Of a DNA stretch of 64,000 nt, positions 1-9,735 are shown in pieces. Position 1 is the first letter of the stretch, and each line of letters starts with the position of its first letter. The notes under the pieces were generated by a model that was not told where the DNA came from, searched no databases, and was given only the letters and a program-made list of their open reading frames with translations. A program made the position numbers and the translations under genes. This DNA is from Candidatus Altiarchaeota archaeon (GTDB lineage Archaea > Altiarchaeota > Altiarchaeia > IMC4 > SCGC-AAA252-I15). The stretch is taken from assembly GCA_043800255.1 (NCBI GenBank), contig JAZDNF010000009.1, positions 293,847 through 357,846 on the forward strand, given 5' to 3'.

Positions 1-12
1 AATCTGGTGCGT

Positions 13-294
13 CTAGTTTTTGGGCCGCCATTGGTATACTTTATCGTGGTGGTCGTAGTAGTAGACGTCAACCACTTTGTTTTCGTGGTCGATTTTGAAG
101 ATTAGGACAAAGTGGGTGTCGATGTGCACTCTGTTAAACGTTTGCAGTGGTTTTCGCAGATACTTGTGTTTATGACAGGGGTTCTGCCTGATCTCCGTAA
201 TCTTCTTGTCGATTGTTCTGAGTTGTCTTGTGTTCTTCGTCGCTAGTTTCTTGAATATTCTGTCTGCCTCAGGTTTAATGTCTAGAAGATACAT
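13..294 (-). CDS. RelE/ParE-family toxin
   Basis: 93 aa basic protein with RelE-like pattern (ITEIRQNP...LRKPL...RVHIDTHFVLIFKID...YYDHHDKVY); 2 nt downstream of a small antitoxin-like ORF. Confidence 0.8.
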   Translation of the reverse strand: MYLLDIKPEADRIFKKLATKNTRQLRTIDKKITEIRQNPCHKHKYLRKPLQTFNRVHIDTHFVLIFKIDHENKVVDVYYYDHHDKVYQWRPKN

Positions 295-296
295 CC

Positions 297-530
297 TCAG
301 CTTAAACCGTATCTCTTGGCAAAGTCATCGACGCGGATGCTTTTCTGTTTACTTATCGACTTGATTTTTTCAATAAATTCAGGTTTAAGTTCAGGCTCGC
401 CCTCATACTCGATAAACTCATTCACCACAAGGTCTATAGCTTCACCTTTATTTTTCAGACTATACCTAGCCTTAACAATATTCAGCACCCTGTTTGTATT
501 TTCACCTATTTGAACCAGCGCATTAACCAT
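297..530 (-). CDS. Antitoxin (DUF2683-like)
   Basis: 77 aa, NRVLNIVKARYSLKNKGEAI..EPELKPEFIEKI pattern typical of archaeal antitoxins; TATA-like box near 561-572. Confidence 0.7.
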   Translation of the reverse strand: MVNALVQIGENTNRVLNIVKARYSLKNKGEAIDLVVNEFIEYEGEPELKPEFIEKIKSISKQKSIRVDDFAKRYGLS

Positions 531-751
531 CTTATAACACCTAAGTAATACTAAGTCAGATTAATATATAAATGTACGCTAGGCACCCTGAAATTCTCCT
601 TGACTTCGCCGAACGTTGCACTAAACCTGTTTTTTTCAGAAAAAGAGCATAATCGCAATTAAGAGGGTCTTGTTACCTCGACAAAACGTCTTTCAATCGT
701 TATGCATTATGCTCCACAGAGTCACAGTCCTAAGAATTAGCGGTGGATTTT

Positions 752-2101
752 TCACCTCTTCTTGAGATATTCGTCTATGTTTTTTGCTGCTTTTTTGCCT
801 TGACCCATGGCAGATATCACTGTCGCCGCGCCTGAGACGATGTCGCCGCCTGCGAATACGCCTGGAATGGAGGTCATAAGGTTGTCGTCTACAACTACTC
901 TGCCCCTTGCGTCCACCTTCAAATCCCTTGCAGTCTGAGGCAGTAAGGGGTTGGGACTCTGGCCTATGGCGACGATGACCTCGTTAACGTTGAGGGTGAA
1001 CTCCGAGCCTTTGACCGGGACAGGTCGCCTCCTGCCGCTCTCATCAGGCTCCCCCAATTCCATGCGAAGGCATTTCATGCCGGTAACTTTTCCCTCGCTG
1101 CCGAGTATCTCAATCGGGTTAGTCAGCAGCCTGAATTCGATGCCCTCCTCCTCAGCATGATGCACTTCCTCCGCTCTGGCAGGCATCTCCTCCCTGGAAC
1201 GCCGGTACACTATGTAGACTTTCTCGGCTCCGAGGCGCAAAGCGCTCCGGGCGGAGTCCATCGCAACGTTGCCGGCGCCGACGACAGCGACCCTTTTGCC
1301 GACCTTCACAGGCGTGTCATGCTCCGGGAAATCGTGAGCTTTCATCAGGTTCACCCTGATCAGGAACTCGTTCGCGCTGTAGACTCCCATCAGGTTCTCG
1401 CCCGGAACGTTCAAGAAGTTCGGAAGCCCCGCCCCGACTCCGACGAAGACAGCATCATAATCCCCCAGAAACTGCTTCAAAGATAAAGTCCTGCCGACCA
1501 GGATGTTAGTCTTCACTTCAACGCCTATGTCCTTCAGGAAGTTGACCTCCTCTTTCACTATCTTCTTAGGGAGCCTGAACTCAGGTATGCCGTAGACGAG
1601 CACTCCCCCAGGCTCGTGCAAAGCCTCGAAGACTGTGACCTTGTAGCCTAACCTAGCCAGCTCGCCGGCGCACGCGAGGCCTGCAGGCCCTGAACCCACA
1701 ACAGCGACCTTCCCCTTGGCTGCCCTGACACTTCCGCTTCTCCCCTTAGCATACTCTGAGGCGAACCTCTCCAGCCTGCCGATTGCGACAGGCTCGTCCT
1801 TTATGCCCAGAACGCAGAGCTCCTCGCACTGGGTCTCCTGCGGGCACACCCTCCCGCAGACCGCGGGCAGGCAGTTATCCTCCTTTATCCTGCCGCAGGC
1901 TTCCTCGAACTTTTTCTCCTTGATGAATTTTATGAAGCCGGGAATGTCTATGCCAACGGGACAGCCTGGAACGCACTTCCCGCACTGTATGCACCTCTTA
2001 GCCTCGAGCACAGCCTCCTCAGGAGTGTACCCTAACGCGACCTCTTTGAAGTTCTTTGCCCTCTTCTCAGGCTCCTGCTCTCTCATCCAGGTCTTAGGCA
2101 T
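752..2101 (-). CDS. nfnB: NfnB/SudA (GltD-like) NADPH-dependent flavo-FeS subunit
   Basis: RCIQC..CV.GCP, CGRVCPQE.QCE, two GxGxxG motifs, GVFAGGD; start moved to ATG 2101 (MPKTWMREQ), overlapping the nfnA stop. Confidence 0.88.
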   Translation of the reverse strand: MPKTWMREQEPEKRAKNFKEVALGYTPEEAVLEAKRCIQCGKCVPGCPVGIDIPGFIKFIKEKKFEEACGRIKEDNCLPAVCGRVCPQETQCEELCVLGIKDEPVAIGRLERFASEYAKGRSGSVRAAKGKVAVVGSGPAGLACAGELARLGYKVTVFEALHEPGGVLVYGIPEFRLPKKIVKEEVNFLKDIGVEVKTNILVGRTLSLKQFLGDYDAVFVGVGAGLPNFLNVPGENLMGVYSANEFLIRVNLMKAHDFPEHDTPVKVGKRVAVVGAGNVAMDSARSALRLGAEKVYIVYRRSREEMPARAEEVHHAEEEGIEFRLLTNPIEILGSEGKVTGMKCLRMELGEPDESGRRRPVPVKGSEFTLNVNEVIVAIGQSPNPLLPQTARDLKVDARGRVVVDDNLMTSIPGVFAGGDIVSGAATVISAMGQGKKAAKNIDEYLKKR

Positions 2102-2915
2102 TTTTGAGTCCGATCCTGCATGTATGGGATTCCTGCTCCTCGTCAACGTAAGTGCGATTCCTCTCCATCAGCTCCCTGAAGTCCACCATGTGGGCGTCGA
2201 AGTCTGGGCCGTCAACGCATGTGAACTTCGTCTTCCCGTCCACTGTGACCCTGCAGCCGCCGCACATGCCGGTGCCGTCAACCATTATCGGGTTCAAGGA
2301 GACTATGGTCTTAACCTTATCCCTCGTGAGGTCTGCCACCGCCTTCATCATCGGCAGCGGGCCGACTGCGACAACAAAGTCCAAGCTGGAGAGCTTCTTC
2401 TCGAGGACGGTTGTGACGAAACCTTTCACTCCCTTGGAGCCGTCATCGGTTGCGACCAACACTTCGTCGGAAACCTCCATCATCTCGTTCTCAAGTATGA
2501 GAAGGTCCTTTGACCTGGCTCCGATGATCGTAGTGACGTGATTGCCAGCCTCCTTCAGTGCCTTCGCTATCGTGTATATTGCAGGAGTCCCGACGCCGCC
2601 GCCGACACACGCAACATTGCCGTATTCTTTCACGTCGAACGGATGGCCGAGAGGCCCGAGGAAATCCCTGACAGATTCTCCGGCCCTGAGAGCTCCCAGC
2701 TTCTTTGTTGAGGTTCCAACCTCCAGGAAAACCATCGAGATGCTACCCTCCTTTCTGTCGAAGTCGTAGATGGTCAGAGGGAATCTCTCGCCCTTCTCGT
2801 CCACCCTCAGGATGACGAACTGGCCTGCCCTCGCCGACGTGGCGACCTCAGGAGCATATAATTTTATGAACTTTATGCTCGGAGCCAGCTCCCTGGCCTC
2901 AAGTATCTCATACAT
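2094..2915 (-). CDS. nfnA: NfnA/SudB (PyrK-like) FAD/[2Fe-2S] subunit
   Basis: GQFVILR..GERFPLT, GGGVG, MVDGTGMCGGCRV...CVDGPDF; coupled to nfnB. Confidence 0.9.
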   Translation of the reverse strand: MYEILEARELAPSIKFIKLYAPEVATSARAGQFVILRVDEKGERFPLTIYDFDRKEGSISMVFLEVGTSTKKLGALRAGESVRDFLGPLGHPFDVKEYGNVACVGGGVGTPAIYTIAKALKEAGNHVTTIIGARSKDLLILENEMMEVSDEVLVATDDGSKGVKGFVTTVLEKKLSSLDFVVAVGPLPMMKAVADLTRDKVKTIVSLNPIMVDGTGMCGGCRVTVDGKTKFTCVDGPDFDAHMVDFRELMERNRTYVDEEQESHTCRIGLKNA

Positions 2916-2977
2916 TTTCTGGAATGGAGTAAATGTTATAGGCAGCAGAGTTGATAAACGTTCACAATAGGTCGGCC

Positions 2978-3166
2978 TTATTCAGGGTTATATGTCTTGT
3001 AGAATGCGCACTCCCAGCAGTGTTTGAACCCCCGTTCTCTGACGCAGTTTACGGGGGCGAAAGTCCAGCATACTTTTCCAGCGTCCAGAAGAGTCACGGC
3101 GCATTTCTCTTTCTTGTCTTGGGGGCAGTCCCAGAACTCCCAGCAGTTATCTTTTTTGCCGTCTAT
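2978..3166 (-). CDS. Small Cys-rich two-CW-domain protein (not in ORF track; ATA start)
   Basis: Manual translation IDGKKDNCWEFWDCPQDKKEKCAVTLLDAGKVCWTFAPVNCVRERGFKHCWECAFYKTYNPE*; RBS-like GGAAGGTGGG 5 nt upstream. Confidence 0.7.
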   Translation of the reverse strand: MDGKKDNCWEFWDCPQDKKEKCAVTLLDAGKVCWTFAPVNCVRERGFKHCWECAFYKTYNPE

Positions 3167-3422
3167 TTTAACCCACCTTCCGTTCAGATAATGTAGATAT
3201 TGTAGGCTAGATTATTATACTTTGTTCAATAAAAACATGCAATAGAACACACTATCTGGAAAACAGGCAGAAAACAACAGACTAACCAGATGTCAAGAAC
3301 CGCCAATCATAGACCGGCAGCATGAAATCAAAGGGGAGATATTCTTGACAGAAGATTTCCACCCACTAGCAAATAGCCTGGTGGAAATCTTAGATTTATA
3401 CCACAAACACCATAATCAACAC

Positions 3423-3704
3423 ATGGTAAAAGAGGTAACTGCAGCGCACATACTGGTCAAAGGACAGGGAAAGGCAACAGAGCTCCTTGAGAGGATAAAA
3501 AAAGGGGAGAGTTTCGAACAGCTGGCAAAAGATTGCTCAGAATGCCCCTCACGCAAGAGAGGCGGCAACCTAGGCTGGTTCGGGAGAGGCAGGATGGTCA
3601 GGGAGTTCGAGAAGGCAGCCTTCGAGGGAGAGAAAGGCTCTGTAGTCGGGCCTGTCAAGACCGACTTCGGCTGGCATCTGATAAAAATAATAGACAAGAG
3701 ATAG
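3423..3704 (+). CDS. ppiC: Parvulin-type peptidyl-prolyl isomerase
   Basis: AAHILVK, FEQLAK..S.CPS...GGNLGWF, GPVKTDFGWHLIK; start set at ATG 3423. Confidence 0.92.
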   Translation: MVKEVTAAHILVKGQGKATELLERIKKGESFEQLAKDCSECPSRKRGGNLGWFGRGRMVREFEKAAFEGEKGSVVGPVKTDFGWHLIKIIDKR

Positions 3705-3710
3705 GCTGGA

Positions 3711-4208
3711 ATGTTCGACAGGATAACGCTCGACAGGGAAACCCTGAAGGTTTTGGCTGCAGACACGAGAGTGGACATCCTGAAGATGCTCGGCGAGCGC
3801 AAGCAGACTCTGACAGACATCTCGGAAAAGCTGGAGATGTCTCCATCAACCATCAAGGAACACCTGGACAGGCTCCTGGAGGCAGGACTGATAGAGCAGA
3901 TACCTGCGGAAACGAAGTGGAAGTACTACAACCTCACCAGGAAGGGGAAGAACATCGTAAGCCCGTCCGAGACCAGCATCCTCATACTGCTAGTAACTTC
4001 AGTACTCGTTTTAGTGGGCTCGCTTGCAAGCCTGGCCAAGAGATTCCTGACATTTCCAGAGGAGCCGACAATGCTCATGGCCGTTGAATCAGCAAGGGAT
4101 TTCGCTGAAAAGGCCCCGGCAGCAGGCTTGCCCTACCTGGAGATAGCCCTGATCGTGATATCATCTGTCACAGCAGGGTTCCTGATAGGAAAGACGCTGA
4201 AAAGGTAG
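3711..4208 (+). CDS. ArsR-type winged-helix regulator with two C-terminal TM helices
   Basis: LKVLAADTRVDILKML...STIKEHLDRLLEAGLI followed by two hydrophobic segments. Confidence 0.8.
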   Translation: MFDRITLDRETLKVLAADTRVDILKMLGERKQTLTDISEKLEMSPSTIKEHLDRLLEAGLIEQIPAETKWKYYNLTRKGKNIVSPSETSILILLVTSVLVLVGSLASLAKRFLTFPEEPTMLMAVESARDFAEKAPAAGLPYLEIALIVISSVTAGFLIGKTLKR

Positions 4209-4260
4209 AGCATAAACCGGACTTATATAAGGACTCAGTAGAATACTCTAAAGATAGAAG

Positions 4261-5157
4261 ATGAAGGTTGGGGTGCTTGAATACAAGGATGACGAGTTCA
4301 CGAAAGACGTTATCAATGCTCTGAGCGACCTGCAGCCGGAACACATGAGGATAGGTGAGCAGAAACTGCTCGGCGGGTCAGAATACAAGGTCATAATCGA
4401 CCGCATCAGCTTCCACCAGAAGTACCTGAGAGAATACCTGAAGCTGCTGTCACTGGGAGGGTGCTACATAATAAACAACCCATTCTCATCAGAGGTGAAC
4501 AACAAGCTGGTCGAGATGAAAGTCTGCGAGCAGCTTAGGATACCATTTCCCAACACCGTCATGCTCCCAATGGTAACAGAAGGCGACGACATATCAGACA
4601 ACATACTGAAGCCGAACTGGAGCGCGCTCAATGAAGCTTTCTCGTTCCCAGCCATAATGAAACCCTACAACGGCTTCGGCTGGGAGAACGTCTACGAGGT
4701 CGAGTCCATAAAGGACGCGAAGAACGTCTACGAAGCACTGAAGGACAGGCACATACTCATGCTGCAGGAGAAGATATACTACAGAGAATACTACAGGGCA
4801 TACTGCGTCGGGAAAAAGGACGTCCTGTTCGTGAAATACCAGCCTGCCCCAGAGGGTATGGGAAGATACGTGCACGACGACCTTAAGCCGATAGACGGCA
4901 TCATAAGGCAGCTCGAAAAGTGGACCGTAGACTTTAACTCAATGATCGATTTTGACTTTAACTCGGTCGAATGGAGCATAGACGCCAACGGCAACCCATC
5001 CGTAATAGACGCCTTCAACGAGGTCCCTGACATTGACAAGAGGATATTCCCCCAGGAGGAGTACAATTGGCTTGTAGACCGGTTTTCAGCCACAGTAAGG
5101 GACAGATTCAAAGGCCCGGAAACCAATAAAACGTTCATAGCAGACGTTTTAGGCTGA
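4261..5157 (+). CDS. ATP-grasp (RimK/GshB-like) ligase
   Basis: IDRIS, IINNPF, FPAIMKPYNGFGWENVY, MLQEKI, DFNSVE...IDAFN. Confidence 0.7.
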   Translation: MKVGVLEYKDDEFTKDVINALSDLQPEHMRIGEQKLLGGSEYKVIIDRISFHQKYLREYLKLLSLGGCYIINNPFSSEVNNKLVEMKVCEQLRIPFPNTVMLPMVTEGDDISDNILKPNWSALNEAFSFPAIMKPYNGFGWENVYEVESIKDAKNVYEALKDRHILMLQEKIYYREYYRAYCVGKKDVLFVKYQPAPEGMGRYVHDDLKPIDGIIRQLEKWTVDFNSMIDFDFNSVEWSIDANGNPSVIDAFNEVPDIDKRIFPQEEYNWLVDRFSATVRDRFKGPETNKTFIADVLG

Positions 5158-5377
5158 AACGCACCATTCCACCAGTCTCGCGGGGAACCGCACAGCGGTT
5201 CCTGCGCACAAGAAACCAAAGGTTCTTAGTGCTGACGGGTGGTTCTTCACAAGCTACCGCTCCCATAAGGTTTAAATATTCGTCCTACAAACATAGTATA
5301 CAGGAGGTTTCTACACAGACCAAAAGGGGTATTGGGTGTCTGACACCATTTTTTGGCGTTTTCTATGGGGTGACTCA

Positions 5378-5902
5378 ATGTACGATAACATTTTGCTTGA
5401 CAGGAACATTTGCATAAGAGGAATTAACCTGGATGACATGCAGCAGATCAGAGAATCAGTAACAGGATCTGCCGTATTCACAGAGTCCGAGATACATGAC
5501 GTTCTGAACATGATAGAACATTATGTAAGGTTCCCTGAGAAGGACGAACTAGAAACCTACGCGTACACGATAGGGGAGAAGATCGCCGGGTTCGTATCAT
5601 TCGGCCTCGGCCTCGGCAACAGGACATACGAATTGTACTGGATATGCGTTTCGTCAGAGTATCAGGGCCATGGAATCGGTGCGAAACTTCTGAAGTTCGC
5701 CGAGAACCACATCATCGGCTGCGGCGGCAGAATCCTCTTCATAGAAACGTCGACGTCAGACAAGTATGAGAAGGCGAGAGCATTCTACGAGAGGAGAGGA
5801 TACACGGTATCGGCCATCGTCAGGGACTACTTCGACGAAGGCGATGACAAGCTCATCTACTCGAAGAAGCTGCTGTCACCGAAGCCGTCCACATGCGCAT
5901 GA
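5378..5902 (+). CDS. GNAT acetyltransferase
   Basis: LYWICVSSEYQGHGIG, ARAFYERRGY; GGGGTGA RBS before ATG 5378. Confidence 0.88.
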   Translation: MYDNILLDRNICIRGINLDDMQQIRESVTGSAVFTESEIHDVLNMIEHYVRFPEKDELETYAYTIGEKIAGFVSFGLGLGNRTYELYWICVSSEYQGHGIGAKLLKFAENHIIGCGGRILFIETSTSDKYEKARAFYERRGYTVSAIVRDYFDEGDDKLIYSKKLLSPKPSTCA

Positions 5903-5985
5903 GAGGAGAACAGTGCATTTTTATTCTAAGAATAACCTAGTATTTATCCTAAACGTTATGATGAGGGACATCTCAAAAATATAGG

Positions 5986-6540
5986 ATGAACTCGGTTGTT
6001 CCAAAGAGGGTCTTTTTCGTGAAGGGTGTGGGAATCCACAAGGACAGATTAGGCTCCTTCGAGCTCGCTCTCAGAGACGCCGGGATCGAGAAATGCAATC
6101 TGGTCTACGTGTCCAGCATATTCCCGCCGGGCTGCGAGATAATAACCTCAAAAAAAGGCCTGGAATTTCTAAGGCCGGGACAGATAGTCTACTGCGTTAT
6201 GGCAAGGTCAGAGACCAACGAACCTAACAGGCTGGTGTCAGCCGCCATCGGGCTGGCTGTGCCAAACGACAAGGAACAGTACGGTTACCTGTCAGAACAC
6301 CACTCCTTCGGAGATAAGGCCGAAATAGCGGGAGACTATGCAGAAGACCTGGCTGCCACGATGCTTGCCACAACATTGGGCGTACCCTTCGACCCTGACC
6401 AAGCGTGGGACGAGAGGAAGATGATGTACAAGGCCAGCGGCAACATCATCAGAACCAGCCACACATGCCAGTCTGCGGAAGGCAACAAGAACGGACTCTG
6501 GACGACCGTAATAGCGGCGGCAGTCTTCATACTGGATTAG
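5986..6540 (+). CDS. pdaD: Pyruvoyl-dependent arginine decarboxylase
   Basis: [25 protein letters not shown] (Ser-Ser self-cleavage site), YGYLSEHH. Confidence 0.9.
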   Translation: MNSVVPKRVFFVKGVGIHKDRLGSFELALRDAGIEKCNLVYVSSIFPPGCEIITSKKGLEFLRPGQIVYCVMARSETNEPNRLVSAAIGLAVPNDKEQYGYLSEHHSFGDKAEIAGDYAEDLAATMLATTLGVPFDPDQAWDERKMMYKASGNIIRTSHTCQSAEGNKNGLWTTVIAAAVFILD

Positions 6541-6559
6541 AGTCTGGTCTTACAGTAGA

Positions 6560-7564
6560 ATGAAAACGGTGAAAAATTCTGGGGAAGATTTTAAGGCTGT
6601 GAGAAAGTTCGTAAGCCACAATTTCAGGCACTTCAACGCCTACGTAGTCAGAGCAGCCTCAGAAGGATACGTGAAGCACATCAAAGAGGGCAACAAGATG
6701 CTCGTTGCCTTGGGAGGGTCGATGAGCACCGCCGAACTGGGCATCACCCTTGCCGAGATGATAAGAGAGGGTAAGGTGCACGCCATATCATCCACAGGTG
6801 CCAACCTGGAGGAGGACATTTTCAACCTCGTCGCACACGACTACTATGAGCACGTTCCACATTACAGGAACCTGTCCGTAGAGGAGGAAACGGACCTCCT
6901 TAACAGGGGCAGGAACAGGGTCACAGACACGTGCATACCTGAGGAGGAAGCCATGAGGAAAATTGGCGGACACCTGCTCAGGATATGGCAGAACGCCGAC
7001 AAAAACAAGGAGCGCTATTTCATCTATGAATATTTTTACCAGCTGCTGAGGAGCGGGGTACTGAAGAAAGAGTATCAGATAGACCCTAAGGACTCGTGGG
7101 TTGCCGCAGCCTGCGAGAAGAACATACCCCTATTCGTCCCAGGATGGGAGGACTCGACCCTCGGCAACTTCTTCGTCTCATACGTGAGGAGCGGGAAGAT
7201 AAGCAGACCCGACATAATAAAATCAGGCTTGGAAACCATGAGCTTCCTGGTTGACTGGTACAGGCAGAACTCGAAGGAGAAATCGATAGGGTTCTTCCAG
7301 ATTGGAGGGGGCATATCAGGCGACTTCCCGATATGCGTCGTGCCGCTCATAAGGCAAGACCTGAAAGAGGACTGCAGGCTGTGGGGCTACTTCTGCCAGA
7401 TATCAGACAGCACCACATCATATGGCTCTTACAGCGGCGCAGTCCCGAATGAGAAGATAACATGGGGGAAGCTGGCGGTAGAGACCCCAAAGTTCCTGAT
7501 AGAAAGCGACGCCACAATCGTCGCGCCCCTGATGTTCGCGTACGTTCTCGCAGATGATGACTGA
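6560..7564 (+). CDS. Deoxyhypusine synthase-like protein (bacterial-type; possible homospermidine synthase)
   Basis: STGANLEED, NRVTD, PGWEDSTLG, GGGISGDF, YSGAVPNEKITWGK, SDATI. Confidence 0.85.
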   Translation: MKTVKNSGEDFKAVRKFVSHNFRHFNAYVVRAASEGYVKHIKEGNKMLVALGGSMSTAELGITLAEMIREGKVHAISSTGANLEEDIFNLVAHDYYEHVPHYRNLSVEEETDLLNRGRNRVTDTCIPEEEAMRKIGGHLLRIWQNADKNKERYFIYEYFYQLLRSGVLKKEYQIDPKDSWVAAACEKNIPLFVPGWEDSTLGNFFVSYVRSGKISRPDIIKSGLETMSFLVDWYRQNSKEKSIGFFQIGGGISGDFPICVVPLIRQDLKEDCRLWGYFCQISDSTTSYGSYSGAVPNEKITWGKLAVETPKFLIESDATIVAPLMFAYVLADDD

Positions 7565-8414
7565 AGAATCGAGGCCGCAATTTGGAGGCCTCTACGGAGA
7601 ATTCTCAGACTACGATAACTCCCGCATCGTTATCCTGCCGGTGCCGTTCGAGAAGACGAGCACCTGGATCAAGGGCTCTGCGATGGGGCCTGCGGCAATA
7701 ATAGAGGCCTCAGAGAACATGGAACTCTACGACATCGAGACGGAGTCCGAAGTCTATAAGATGGGCATCCACACCGACAGCGAGATAACTGCTGACGATT
7801 CCGAATCCATGCTGGATGCAGTATCTGCCAGGGTCAGAAGCCTGATGGAGGACAAGAAGTTTGTCGTCACACTCGGAGGCGAGCACACGGTCTCCATCGG
7901 ACCTATCAGAGCGTGCTCGGAATCGTATGATAACCTGTCCATACTGCAATTGGATGCTCACTCCGACCTCAGGGACTCCTACGAGGACAGCGGATACAAT
8001 CATGCGTGCACGATGAGGAGGGTGAGGGAGGTAGTCAACGACGTCGTATCGGTCGGCGTCAGGAGCATGGACTCGTCCGAGCTTGACATGGTCGACGAGG
8101 ACAGGATGTTCTACGCGAAGGACATCCGAGGATCGGACGACTGGATGGACAGGGTCGTGGACAGGCTGTCAGCGAACGTCTACATTACCCTAGACTTGGA
8201 CGTCTTCGACCCGGGCATAATGCCGTCAACAGGCACCCCCGAACCTGGAGGGCTCGGCTGGTATGATGTGACCAGCCTGCTGAAGAAAGTTGCTGCTGAG
8301 AGGAATCTTGTCGGATGCGATGTTGTGGAATTATGCCCCACAGAGAACAAGGCCCCGAACTTTTTGGCTGCGAAATTGATTTACACGCTCCTGAGCTACA
8401 GGTTCAATGTTTAG
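7554..8414 (+). CDS. speB: Agmatinase
   Basis: GGEHTVS, DAHSD, DLDVFDP, GTPEPGG ureohydrolase motifs. Confidence 0.93.
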   Translation: MMTEESRPQFGGLYGEFSDYDNSRIVILPVPFEKTSTWIKGSAMGPAAIIEASENMELYDIETESEVYKMGIHTDSEITADDSESMLDAVSARVRSLMEDKKFVVTLGGEHTVSIGPIRACSESYDNLSILQLDAHSDLRDSYEDSGYNHACTMRRVREVVNDVVSVGVRSMDSSELDMVDEDRMFYAKDIRGSDDWMDRVVDRLSANVYITLDLDVFDPGIMPSTGTPEPGGLGWYDVTSLLKKVAAERNLVGCDVVELCPTENKAPNFLAAKLIYTLLSYRFNV

Positions 8415-8664
8415 GCGCGTTTGAGTGATTGTTCCTGCATCTGAACTCCAGAAGCGCGCCCAGCGTGTAGGAGACCAGTATGAGCAGGATTACGATCTTT
8501 AGGTTATAGAACGTCTCGACCATCTGCAGCACAGCCTTCGACGTTGAACCCTCGGTTCCGAATGCTGCGAAGAAACCCAGCAGGAACATGAGGAGGTAGA
8601 CTAGGAACGTGAATGCTACCCCGCAAAAGCCCCCCTTAAAGTTCCTGACGAGAAACCCCACCAT
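8404..8664 (-). CDS. Small membrane protein, unknown function
   Basis: Two hydrophobic helices; TATA-like box about 25 nt upstream. Confidence 0.5.
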   Translation of the reverse strand: MVGFLVRNFKGGFCGVAFTFLVYLLMFLLGFFAAFGTEGSTSKAVLQMVETFYNLKIVILLILVSYTLGALLEFRCRNNHSNAPKH

Positions 8665-8709
8665 ATATTGAACAATTTATAACAATGGTTTAAAAATCGC
8701 ACGTATGGC

Positions 8710-9360
8710 TTAGGGACCCCTTTTAGCTTCTTTCTGGTAGCTGAAATAGGAGTATGCCATAAGATAGAATGAGGATATTATTACCGGGCCGACCGCAAGA
8801 ACGATTGCATAGTCCTGGAAAAAGGCCCCTAGGACAGCTACCAGCCCAGATGCCTTGAAAAGTTTAGCGCCTTTCTCATGGGTCTGCCGCCAAACGACGT
8901 CACTGCTCAGCGTCCACGGGGTTCTGATGCCAATGAACCAGTTGCGCTGCGCATGCCCCATGACGATGCCGACACAGTAGTAGAGCAGGCCTAGCGCTGG
9001 AACGAGGGCTAGTGTCATGTTAAACCTGTGCCCGAAATTCCAGAAGACCGTCAGCAGGTAGATGTAAAGCAGGAATGCTGCCACTATAAGGATGAATCCC
9101 TGATAGTATCCCCTGAATTTATCGATGTTAGCCTTCAGAGGGTCGATGCGAGGAATCAGCAGGAAGAGGGTGGACACCAATGCCATTATCACTGGCATGA
9201 GGAAGACGCCCCAGAATTTGGGCATGTAGCCGTCAACCTTGCCCTGTGCATTCCAGTGCGATGCGACCCTGTCAGGCATCTGCTGGTAGGCATACAAGCC
9301 GACAGCAAAAGACACCATCATTATCAGCGAAAGCGCCAGTATAGTGTTCCCGGATTTCAT
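8710..9360 (-). CDS. SdpI/DUF1648 family membrane protein
   Basis: MPDRVASHWNAQGKVDG, RNWFIGIRTPWTLSSDVVWRQTH. Confidence 0.9.
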   Translation of the reverse strand: MKSGNTILALSLIMMVSFAVGLYAYQQMPDRVASHWNAQGKVDGYMPKFWGVFLMPVIMALVSTLFLLIPRIDPLKANIDKFRGYYQGFILIVAAFLLYIYLLTVFWNFGHRFNMTLALVPALGLLYYCVGIVMGHAQRNWFIGIRTPWTLSSDVVWRQTHEKGAKLFKASGLVAVLGAFFQDYAIVLAVGPVIISSFYLMAYSYFSYQKEAKRGP

Positions 9361-9416
9361 CGCCAGCGTAGTATAATAGTCTTAAATGAGAATGTAATTT
9401 TAAATAGGCTTCCAGT

Positions 9417-9707
9417 ATGATGGCAAGCACTTACACGAGAAAGATTTCAAAAGAGGAGGCGACGTGCGGGTTTATTCTAGTGGAAAAATCAAGGAGGAAG
9501 ATATTCCCAGAGTCTGGCAGGAGGTTTGACATCTACCATAATAGGAACAAGCTGGAAGTGGTCATCGACGAGATACCCTGCGAGTGCGTCGGCCCCCAGA
9601 AACCTCATGTCCACTACCACCTCCACCTCCCGGTAGAGCTTAAAGCAGGAGATAAAGCGGTTATAGAGAAGGTAGGGGATAAGTACCGGCTAGAATTCGA
9701 AAGATGA
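9417..9707 (+). CDS. Hypothetical protein with possible metal-binding CxC...HxHxH
   Basis: PCECVGPQKPHVHYHL; small beta-barrel-like size. Confidence 0.6.
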   Translation: MMASTYTRKISKEEATCGFILVEKSRRKIFPESGRRFDIYHNRNKLEVVIDEIPCECVGPQKPHVHYHLHLPVELKAGDKAVIEKVGDKYRLEFER

Positions 9708-9735
9708 TAGGAAAAACTTAGCTCCAGGTTCGTAT

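Noticed and set aside
752-2146. Glutamate synthase small subunit with start at 2146
   Set aside because: It is coupled to a PyrK-like subunit with no large subunit nearby, which fits NfnAB/SudAB; ATG 2101 gives a normal overlap.
951-2970. Long antisense ORFs over nfnAB (and similar shadows over cysK, metXY, ECF and fic genes)
   Set aside because: They are shadow frames of well-supported genes on the opposite strand and carry no motifs.
5180-5206. GC hairpin (GGAACCGC/GCGGTTCC) as a riboswitch for the polyamine genes
   Set aside because: No guanidine or other aptamer consensus recognised, and a TATA-like box lies downstream of it; more likely a 3' end structure.
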